From NCBI GenBank assembly GCA_039589315.1, contig JBDHHQ010000110.1:1-13097 (forward strand): a DNA stretch of 13,097 bases. Reading direction: 5' to 3'. Positions 1 through 7,100 of this stretch are shown here, piece after piece; within the stretch, counting starts at the first letter, position 1, and each line of letters starts with the position of its first letter. A program made the position numbers and the translations under genes. The DNA is from Gemmatimonadota bacterium. GTDB taxonomy: Bacteria; Gemmatimonadota; Gemmatimonadetes; Longimicrobiales; Gaopeijiaceae. The notes beneath the pieces are model-generated. The model did no database searches. It saw only the letters and a program-made list of their open reading frames with translations, and had not been told where the DNA came from.

Positions 1-12
1 TGCGGGCAAGAG

Positions 13-768
13 CTACCAGGTGGCGCGATACGGTACATCTGGAACGGGCAGCTTCTTGAGTATCACCTGATAGCCATTGTGGATCACGTCGAAATGATGA
101 CCGTAGAACCGATGGAATACATTGATTGCCGGAAAGGGAAAGTCAGCCGAGTTGCCGCCCCAAAGATAGTCGTCAAAGATCAGTATGCCCCCTTCCTTGA
201 GGAGCCTCCAGGACAGGACGGCATCCTCCAACACGTCGTCGGCTGCGTGCGACCCATCGATGTAGACAATGTCGAAGGAGGCGAGAGGAAGGCCCCTCAA
301 AGCCTCTTGAGAGAACCCCTCGATTGTGGTGACCTTATTGGCCATGCCGGTGCGCGCGATATTCTGCACGTACGTGTTCTTGAAGTCGCCGATGAAGGGG
401 TCGATCCCTGTGAGTCTGGCGGTGGGATGCGTTAGAATGTTCTCCAATGCCCAGATAACGGAACGACCTTCGAATACGCCTATCTCCAGGTAGTGGATGT
501 CCGGCTCGCCCCTGAACTCCTCCAAGGCCTTCTCCCAGACCGGTATGGCTTCGGTAAACCAATCGTCAGAGAAGGCATAGGCCTTTTGGTAGGCGTCGGT
601 GACAGGTGCCCTCTCTGCCAAAGAGACGTCGGGAAGGGTGGAGGACAAGAGCGGTGACCGCATGACGAGATATGTGGTCACGGAGGTCAATAGCACGAGG
701 AGAACCGGGAAGATGGAGCGCCCGAGATTACGCAACCTATGCCTTCGCGTGTCCTGTGCGCCGTTCAT
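13..768 (-). CDS. Class I SAM-dependent methyltransferase (Methyltransf_24-like) with an N-terminal membrane anchor
   Basis: Motif I YLEIGVFEGRS, LTGIDPF and the C-terminal FDIVYIDGSH...LLKEGGILIFDDY signature. Hydrophobic stretch SIFPVLLVLLTSVTTYLVM follows a basic N-terminus. Start placed at ATG 768 rather than GTG 948 because the first 60 codons of the ORF look non-homologous; the start is uncertain. Confidence 0.85.
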   Translation of the reverse strand: MNGAQDTRRHRLRNLGRSIFPVLLVLLTSVTTYLVMRSPLLSSTLPDVSLAERAPVTDAYQKAYAFSDDWFTEAIPVWEKALEEFRGEPDIHYLEIGVFEGRSVIWALENILTHPTARLTGIDPFIGDFKNTYVQNIARTGMANKVTTIEGFSQEALRGLPLASFDIVYIDGSHAADDVLEDAVLSWRLLKEGGILIFDDYLWGGNSADFPFPAINVFHRFYGHHFDVIHNGYQVILKKLPVPDVPYRATW

Positions 769-959
769 CTGAGTGCCCCGCGCAAGTGATGATGAAGTGA
801 GAAGCTGAGCTTTGGGCCAAAGATGACGGAGGCCGGTCAGTTCCAACAAGGTCTTCTTGCGGTGGCGGAGGAGAAGGCCCCGTGAGGTCGAGCCCTCGGG
901 CGGCCTGCGCTTCGGCTCCGGAGAGGCCGACGGCTTCGGCGCGGCCACGGCGGTGGCGG

Positions 960-1616
960 TCAGTCGGGACGGCCCCGTTGATCTCCACGTGGGGACGCGG
1001 TATATGAGCGGGCGGCGGCCCCAGCGGTCACCATGCGGGCGGCCAGCTCCGGTGCGCGTTCATGATCCAACCCGCTATCGGTCAAGGTTCGCCACGTGTC
1101 GAAGTCCACCGCGACCCTCAGGACTGCTTTCAGCTCCGCATCGTCCCTCTGTTCCACGGGCCAGCCTACGGCCAGCGTACGCACGATCTCCTGGAGGTAG
1201 GGCCACCACAGATCGTCCATGACTCGGGCGAGCGATGGGAGGATGGGGGTGTCTCTCAGCACCTTACCCAGCATGTCTTGCTTGAGTCGGTACCATCGGT
1301 ACAGCTCCCTCAGCGCCGTGATGAGGCGCTCCGACGGGTCGTCTATGCCCGCCCACGCCGAAGGGCGGGGAAAGGGGTTCACGGTCGCCCAATGGGTCGA
1401 GCAGGCCCTGAAGAGGTCGGTTTCGGTCGGGAAGTGGTTGTAGACCGTCATCCGGCTCACGCCGGCCAGCTTCGCCACATCCGTCACCGCCGTGTTCGCC
1501 GGCCCTGCCGTACCGTGCAGCTGTACCGCAGCCTCCGTGATGCGCCGACGGGTTTCCTGCTCCTGCTCGGCGCGCTTCCTCTTGCGATACGGTCTCGGAG
1601 AAGCATCAGAGCTCAT
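960..1616 (-). CDS. TetR/AcrR family transcriptional regulator
   Basis: N-terminal RPYRKRKRAEQEQETRRRITEAA followed by the HTH TAVTDVAKLAGVSRMTVYNHFPT. Start placed at ATG 1616, 6 nt downstream of a TATACT -10 box. The ORF-track ATG at 1634 lies inside the promoter spacer. Confidence 0.93.
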   Translation of the reverse strand: MSSDASPRPYRKRKRAEQEQETRRRITEAAVQLHGTAGPANTAVTDVAKLAGVSRMTVYNHFPTETDLFRACSTHWATVNPFPRPSAWAGIDDPSERLITALRELYRWYRLKQDMLGKVLRDTPILPSLARVMDDLWWPYLQEIVRTLAVGWPVEQRDDAELKAVLRVAVDFDTWRTLTDSGLDHERAPELAARMVTAGAAARSYTASPRGDQRGRPD

Positions 1617-1622
1617 GATTTC

Positions 1623-1652
1623 AGTATACACCATGTCCTACCAACTTGACAA
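1623..1652 (-). promoter_or_regulatory. Putative sigma70 promoter for tetR (TTGTCA-N18-TATACT), probably leaderless
   Basis: On the minus strand, TTGTCA is the reverse complement of 1647-1652 and TATACT of 1623-1628, with an 18 nt spacer. ATG follows 6 nt after the -10 box and no SD is present. Confidence 0.7.
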
Positions 1653-1674
1653 GCCGCCACGGCCAGTGTAGCAT
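1646..1674 (+). promoter_or_regulatory. Putative sigma70 promoter for the DUF5602-like gene (TTGACA-N17-TAGCAT)
   Basis: Perfect -35 TTGACA at 1646-1651, 17 nt spacer, -10 TAGCAT at 1669-1674. Confidence 0.75.
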
Positions 1675-1685
1675 GGCCTAAACAC

Positions 1686-1700
1686 TAGACACACTGTCTA
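1686..1700. promoter_or_regulatory. Palindromic operator TAGACA-CAC-TGTCTA, likely TetR binding site
   Basis: Perfect 6-3-6 inverted repeat just downstream of the predicted start site of the plus-strand promoter. A degenerate copy, TATACA-CCA-TGTCCT at 1625-1639, overlaps the tetR -10 box. Confidence 0.7.
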
Positions 1701-1789
1701 ATGAAAATGGGCTCGGCCCTCCATCCATGAGCGCGCATGCGGACCTCGACCGGATTCGAGCGCGCCCACCATCGCGAGGAGACGTCAAG

Positions 1790-2563
1790 ATGGACTCGAG
1801 ACACGCAGCGGCATCGGTTGCTCTGGCACTTGCGGTCGTACCTGTCATCGGAACGGGCTCGCAGGAGCCTCGTTCAGTGTTCCGCTCGTGCGAGGCAGTT
1901 CTCGAACAGGAGGTTTGTACATGGGTGGCGATGGAGGGAGCGACCGCAGTGGAGTTGGGCGCTACGGTCCCGCTGGGGCTGATCGAGCAGGTCCCCGCCG
2001 ATGCGGAGATGACGTGGCCACCGGAAGAGCTGGCAGCGGTCGCCTTGCCTCCGCAAGCGCGGGCGAGTCTCGGCATCGATCACCTGGGGATCAACTGGGA
2101 GGCGCACGGCCATCCGCCAGGGCCATTCCTGACGCCACACTTCGACTTCCACTTCTACAACCTCACGAAGCGGGAAATCCGAACGGTGGACTGCTCGGAC
2201 AAGACCAAACCATCGAGCCTGCCCTCTGGCTACACTCTCCCGGACATCGAGGTGGAGGGAATGGGTACGCTCGTCGGTCTTTGCGTGCCGCGGATGGGGA
2301 TGCACGCGATGCCCGAGAAAGAGGTCACGGGGAGTGATCCGTTCACTGCGACACTCGTCGTGGGATACTACGGGGGAGAGGCGATCTTTTTCGAGCCGAT
2401 GGTGTCACGGGATCGACTGCTCGAGAGATCGGATTTCTCGCTTCCGATGCCCGTCGTGGGGAGCCTGCCCGCTGGCGTCCACTATCCGACGGAGTTCAGC
2501 GCCAACTACGATGCGGCACAAGATGAGTATCGGTTGGTCATGCGAGGCTTCCGTCCCCAATGA
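1790..2563 (+). CDS. Secreted His-rich protein, DUF5602/TTHB210-like
   Basis: GAGGAG SD at 1776-1781 before ATG 1790. Signal-peptide-like MDSRHAAASVALALAVVPVIG. Motifs DHLGINWEAHGHPP, PHFDFHFY, VPRMGMH and GYYGGEAIFFEPM match my recollection of this family. Confidence 0.75.
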   Translation: MDSRHAAASVALALAVVPVIGTGSQEPRSVFRSCEAVLEQEVCTWVAMEGATAVELGATVPLGLIEQVPADAEMTWPPEELAAVALPPQARASLGIDHLGINWEAHGHPPGPFLTPHFDFHFYNLTKREIRTVDCSDKTKPSSLPSGYTLPDIEVEGMGTLVGLCVPRMGMHAMPEKEVTGSDPFTATLVVGYYGGEAIFFEPMVSRDRLLERSDFSLPMPVVGSLPAGVHYPTEFSANYDAAQDEYRLVMRGFRPQ

Positions 2564-2805
2564 CTGACCGATGATGCAAGCGGCGAATCCGCCAGGCGGT
2601 AGTCCGCGTGACCGCGACGAAACGCTTCCGACTGCAGGCCGCCGGGGAGGCCGTCTCAGGTATGCCTCCCGGCCAGATTCCCGAAGGTGCCGAGCGCGCC
2701 GAGCCAAGGGATGACTGGTCCACCGCTGTGGGCGAACCGGCTTGATGCGACCCGTGAGCCCAGCCTATGCTCGAGCCGGCTACCGAAGGCCCGACTCAGC
2801 CCAGC

Positions 2806-2916
2806 GTCACGACGCCCAATCGCTGGCACCCTATTGACCTGCACACGGCACTGCCACTGCTTCACTGGCTCCCGCCGAGTATCTACAGACCCATCTACGG
2901 GATGTTGGGATTCGGT
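2806..2916 (+). pseudogene. Remnant of a class I SAM-dependent methyltransferase (C-terminal motif only)
   Basis: VTTPNRWHPIDLHTALPLLHWLP resembles the TTPNRWFPxExHxxLPLLHWLP segment of Methyltransf_11-type enzymes. It sits in the short ORF 2767-3018, and no SAM-binding motif I was seen upstream. Confidence 0.55.
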
Positions 2917-3180
2917 TTGGCCATCTTGTCAATGCTGCATCATGCTCCATGGGGGAGAGATGAGGCGTGCCCACGAGGCGCTGAGCGCCGGTGTGCCCGC
3001 CATCTGTTGTGCCGCTGACCGGCAACGAGGACTTCTGTAATCGCAGCTCGCTTCCGATACCAAGTCTGTGCGGGAGGCTCGTCCGAGGATTCCGCCCACC
3101 GACGTCGATTCGTTGGGCTGGGCAGGGTGCGGATCTCAGAGCTACGTTGGTGCCGGACGAATCCCCGGGGATCATGTAGA

Positions 3181-3882
3181 ATGAGTAAAACCAATGGCAT
3201 ACAGGTCCATCTCGAGCTTGGACGACGAGGAGCCGTCGCTGCTCGAAGGCGCGGGGGGGTGGTCATCCTGATCGACGCGTTGCGGGCAAGCGCCACGATC
3301 GTGACGGCGTTGGGGACGGGGATGGCAGCGGTAAGGCCCGTTCGTGAGCTCGAAGAGCGTGTGGGCGAGGTAACGGCCGGTGAGCGGGGGGGACGCAAGC
3401 TGCCGAGCGCAAAGCACGGGAATAGCCCCACAGAGCTTCTGGAGCAGGACTACGCCGGGAAGACTCTGGTTCTCGCGACGACGAACGGGGTCGAGTGCCT
3501 TCTGACGGCGGCGGGGCCAGCCACGAGAGTGATGATCGGAACCACTCTCAACTGTAGTGCTGTCGTTGCCGCGGCCACTGAGGAAGCGCGAGAGCTGGAT
3601 GTACCGATCACGCTGCTCATGGCCGGACGAGACGACCGCCCTGCCGCTGAGGACGCTCTGACAGCGAGTCTGCTCGTCCGGTCGATGGGGCCGGAGGCAC
3701 ATCTACACGGCTCTTTGCCCCCGTCGTCCTTGAACATGGCGGCGCCGTTTCTGGCGAGCGCGGCCGGACAGAATCTGGTCGAGCTCGGATACACTGACGA
3801 CGTGGAGTGGTGTGCCAGGGTAGACGTGTATGACGTCGTTCCCGTCCTGAAGCACGATCATTTGGTGCCCCGTCCCAGCTGA
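3181..3882 (+). CDS. comB: 2-phosphosulfolactate phosphatase
   Basis: ComB family motifs VILIDALRASATI, AGERGG, GNSP, LATTNG, AGR...AED and GQNLVELGY.DDVEWC. Start ATG 3181 preferred over GTG 3127. Confidence 0.92.
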   Translation: MSKTNGIQVHLELGRRGAVAARRRGGVVILIDALRASATIVTALGTGMAAVRPVRELEERVGEVTAGERGGRKLPSAKHGNSPTELLEQDYAGKTLVLATTNGVECLLTAAGPATRVMIGTTLNCSAVVAAATEEARELDVPITLLMAGRDDRPAAEDALTASLLVRSMGPEAHLHGSLPPSSLNMAAPFLASAAGQNLVELGYTDDVEWCARVDVYDVVPVLKHDHLVPRPS

Positions 3883-3980
3883 GTCATGTCGATACGCATG
3901 CGCCTCGGTGCCACTGGCTTCATCCCCGGGATGCGGCGCCCGTTCCGGCGAGCTGGCTGTTCCGGCCCGCCAGAGGTGAG

Positions 3981-5090
3981 ATGGAGGCTCGAGTGCCGAC
4001 TGTCCTCGTAACGGGCGTCGGAGGTGGCGGGGCGAACAACCTCATTCGAGCTCTTCGTCCATATGATCCGTATCCGACAATCATCGGGGTCAACAGTGAC
4101 GCGCTGGCCCTGGCTAGATCACGAGCCGATGGGGATTACCTCATTCCACACTCGGGAGACGAGGACGCTTATGTGGACGCTCTCAACTGTGTCAGCGAGC
4201 TGAACGCAGTGGATCTCGTGATACCGACCAACGATACGGAGGTACGCGTCGTATCCGAGAGACGGTCCGACCTGCGCAGCCAGGTACTGCTTCCGTCTAC
4301 CGAAGCCGTGCGTGTCTGTACCGACAAATGGGAGTTCTACGTCCGGTGTCGTGAGGGTGGCGTGAGCATGGCTCGCAGCGCGTTGGTCCAGGACTTGGCT
4401 GAGATCCCCCGGCTGTTCGCGGAGCTCAAGGGAGAGGAGCCGGGAGTTCTGTGGTGCAGAATGAGGCGGGGTAACGGGGCTCAGGGGGCCCTGCCTGTAA
4501 GTGAACCGGAGCAGGCGCGGTCGTGGATCCAGTATTGGATCTCCATGCGCGGGGCAAAGGTGGACGACTTCTCGCTGAGCGAGTACCTGCCGGGTCGCGA
4601 CTTCGCGTTCCAGAGCCTTTGGCGTGACGGCGATCTGGTCATCGCGAAGACGTGCGAACGGCTCAGCTACCTGTTCAGCCGCCAAACGCCATCGGGGAGT
4701 GTGTCCACCCCGAACCGAGGTCGCCTGGTGAACATCGCGGACGTGAACGAAGTAGCGCTTCGGGCGATTCGTCACGTGGACGCGTCGCCTACAGGAGTCT
4801 TCTCCGTCGACCTCAAAGAGGCCGCCGATGGACGGATCTGCGTCACCGAGATCAACGCCGGTCGCTTCTTTCGAATCAGCCCAAGCATGAATCTCGTTGG
4901 GCGGCATAACATGGCGACGATGTTCTTGGCTCAGGCGCTCGAAGGACGGAGGTTTGACCTGCCCGAGAACGAGATCTTCGGAGACATCGGTGAGGAGCCG
5001 ATGCTCTACCTCTGCGATGTTGACGAAGAGCCCTCGCTGGTCCCTGAATCAAGCATCAGAGGCCACATAAAGGAATACGGGAGTAGTTAG
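3981..5090 (+). CDS. ATP-grasp domain ligase (carbamoyl-phosphate-synthase-like, PylC-like N-terminus)
   Basis: N-terminal VLVTGVGGGG, then DLVIPTND.E, CTDKW, GNGAQG loop, SEYLPGRDF, FSVDLK and TEINAGRF. GAGG SD upstream. Confidence 0.88.
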   Translation: MEARVPTVLVTGVGGGGANNLIRALRPYDPYPTIIGVNSDALALARSRADGDYLIPHSGDEDAYVDALNCVSELNAVDLVIPTNDTEVRVVSERRSDLRSQVLLPSTEAVRVCTDKWEFYVRCREGGVSMARSALVQDLAEIPRLFAELKGEEPGVLWCRMRRGNGAQGALPVSEPEQARSWIQYWISMRGAKVDDFSLSEYLPGRDFAFQSLWRDGDLVIAKTCERLSYLFSRQTPSGSVSTPNRGRLVNIADVNEVALRAIRHVDASPTGVFSVDLKEAADGRICVTEINAGRFFRISPSMNLVGRHNMATMFLAQALEGRRFDLPENEIFGDIGEEPMLYLCDVDEEPSLVPESSIRGHIKEYGSS

Positions 5091-5092
5091 AG

Positions 5093-5869
5093 ATGGGCGC
5101 TTCATTCCTGGACGTTCCCGAGCGCACGTCCAAACCCCGCCGGTCAGGCGTCACCTCACTGCTCGACGGTGGAGTCAGCCTGGGGACCTTCAGAGATGTA
5201 GTCGAATCTTTTCACGCGTTCATAGACTACATAAAGCTCGGGTGGTGTACCGCCGCGCTGACGCCCCACCTGAATGAGAAAGTCGCAATAGCGCGATCGC
5301 ATGACATCGAATGTTACTTCGGCGGTACATTATTCGAGAAGGCACTCTTGCAGAACAAGCTCTCGGAGTTCCGACACTTCTGTCGTAGCGTAGGGTGCGA
5401 TCATGTCGAGATCTCGAACGGTACGATTGATCTGAATAATCGACAAAAGGGTGATCACATACGCGTATTCGCAGAGGACTTCCATGTATTCAGCGAGGTG
5501 GGATACAAAGATCCTGAGCGTTCGATCAAGCTTCACCCGGCGGCGTGGATCGCGTTCGCACGCGAGGATCTGACAGCCGGTGCTGAATATGTCACAATGG
5601 AGGCACGAGAAAGTGGCCGAAGCGGGATCTGTCGACCAAATGGAGAACTGAGATATGGTTTGATACAGGAGATCATACTCTCCGATCTCGATAACGAGCG
5701 CCTTATATTCGAGGCACCCAACAAGACGCTGCAGGCCTACTTCATCAAGGAACTCGGCGCCAACGTGAATCTGGCCAATATCGACTTCGCACAAGTGCTT
5801 GCGCTGGAGACGCTGAGGACAGGTCTGAGATCTGACACGCTCACGCTTTTCGAGGAGGCGCAGTCGTGA
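5093..5869 (+). CDS. comA: Phosphosulfolactate synthase
   Basis: KPRRSGVTSLLDGG, IDYIKLGWCT, GGTLFE, VEISNGTI, SEVGYKD, MEARESG, LIFEAP, NVNLANI and LETLRTGLRSDT are all ComA family signatures. Confidence 0.96.
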   Translation: MGASFLDVPERTSKPRRSGVTSLLDGGVSLGTFRDVVESFHAFIDYIKLGWCTAALTPHLNEKVAIARSHDIECYFGGTLFEKALLQNKLSEFRHFCRSVGCDHVEISNGTIDLNNRQKGDHIRVFAEDFHVFSEVGYKDPERSIKLHPAAWIAFAREDLTAGAEYVTMEARESGRSGICRPNGELRYGLIQEIILSDLDNERLIFEAPNKTLQAYFIKELGANVNLANIDFAQVLALETLRTGLRSDTLTLFEEAQS

Positions 5870-6261
5870 CGGGCAGTATCTTCCATCTGGCCATACCGTG
5901 TGCCGATCTCGACGCCGCCCAGGAATTCTATGTCGACGGACTTGGATGCCGTCTCGGTCGACGGATGGCGGACCGCATCACGTTGGACTTCTTCGGCGAC
6001 CAGGTAGTCTGCCATCTTTCTCCGGATCGGATCGATCCTGAACCGACGATGTATCCACGGCACTTTGGCCGTACCTTCGACAGCAAGTCGGACTTCGATG
6101 CGTTGGTGCGGCGGGCCGAGGACAAGGGGCTGCCGTTCTTTCAACGGCTCTCCACGCGGTTCGGTGGTCGTAGGGACGAGCACCTGATGTTCTTCCTCAA
6201 GGATCCCTCCAACAACCTTCTGGAGTTCAAGTACTACTTCGACGCCGAGATGAGGTATTGA
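5866..6261 (+). CDS. VOC (glyoxalase/bleomycin resistance/extradiol dioxygenase) family protein, COG3565-like
   Basis: FHLAIPCADLDAAQEFY.DGLGC, FFGDQVVCHL, PRHFG and FLKDPSNNLLEFK. GTGA overlap with the comA stop. Confidence 0.9.
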   Translation: MTGSIFHLAIPCADLDAAQEFYVDGLGCRLGRRMADRITLDFFGDQVVCHLSPDRIDPEPTMYPRHFGRTFDSKSDFDALVRRAEDKGLPFFQRLSTRFGGRRDEHLMFFLKDPSNNLLEFKYYFDAEMRY

Positions 6262-7100
6262 TGAACCATCCTTCCCTGCTGGAACGTCGTGAGGCGTCGG
6301 CCAGGGGGTCCGAGGTGGAGCAGCTCGTCGTAGTCATTCCCTGCTTCAACGAGGAGGGGACGCTTCGTGAAACGGTCGGGAGCGTCAGGGACGTGGCGCC
6401 TCATCTGGACCTGAGGACGACGATCTTGCTGATGGACGATGGCTCTACGGATGGCACGCGGGAGGTCATGGCCGAGATGTGCGACGAGCACGAGAGCTGC
6501 CGAATGCACGTGAGCGATCGCAATCAAGGTCTCGGACGCACCGTGATGAAGGCGTACGAGCTGATCGAATCGGGTCGATGGGTAACGGTGATTCCGGGCG
6601 ACAACGAGTTCATCTTTTCGTCGATCAAGAACCATCTGGCGGTGAGGGCCGAGCACGACATCGTGCTCGGCTTTCTGCAGAACGCGGTCGTGCGGACGGT
6701 CCGCCGCCGGGTTGGCTCCACCGTGTTCCAGAGGACGGTCGGGTTCCTGTACGGTTTCCCCTACCGATACCTGAATGGCCTCAAGCTCTATCGGAGCGAT
6801 GCCTTCAAGGGCCTGGACATCGTCTCGTCGGGTCACGCGTTCAACGCCGAGCTGTTGGCGAAGGCGCTACTCCGAGACCCAACGCTCCGCATCGGAGAGG
6901 CGCCATTCCTGGCTCGTGGTAGGTCGGAGGGTCACTCGAAGGCCTTCCAGCCCCGGTCCGTGGCTCGCGCGGTGTGGGACGTGTACCGGGGCTTTCGGAG
7001 CGTCACGGGATACCGGAAGCGACTGCTGGCGGCTCAGGCTCGTCAACTTCGGGATTCCTCGGCCCCGACCGCGTCCGGCTCGCTGCGGGGAGACCCGTGA
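6261..7100 (+). CDS. Glycosyltransferase family 2 (DPM1/polyprenol-phosphate glycosyltransferase-like)
   Basis: VVIPCFNEE, MDDGSTDGT, NQGLG, YLNGLKLY and R..G.SK. TGATG coupling to the VOC stop. The DxD position reads PGDNE. Confidence 0.9.
   Translation: MNHPSLLERREASARGSEVEQLVVVIPCFNEEGTLRETVGSVRDVAPHLDLRTTILLMDDGSTDGTREVMAEMCDEHESCRMHVSDRNQGLGRTVMKAYELIESGRWVTVIPGDNEFIFSSIKNHLAVRAEHDIVLGFLQNAVVRTVRRRVGSTVFQRTVGFLYGFPYRYLNGLKLYRSDAFKGLDIVSSGHAFNAELLAKALLRDPTLRIGEAPFLARGRSEGHSKAFQPRSVARAVWDVYRGFRSVTGYRKRLLAAQARQLRDSSAPTASGSLRGDP

Noticed and set aside
769..948. 60 aa N-terminal extension of the methyltransferase and ORF 737-988
   Set aside because: Low-complexity sequence with no motifs; more likely intergenic.
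2641..2673. Hairpin GCCGGGGAGGC...GCCTCCCGGC as an intrinsic terminator
   Set aside because: Bulged stem, 12 nt loop and no U-tract on either strand. Possible but unsupported.
3181..5869. Coenzyme M biosynthesis or methanogen origin
   Set aside because: Only comA and comB are present. No comC, comDE or alkene/epoxide genes are in the window, and the context is bacterial glycan synthesis. Genes elsewhere in the genome cannot be excluded.
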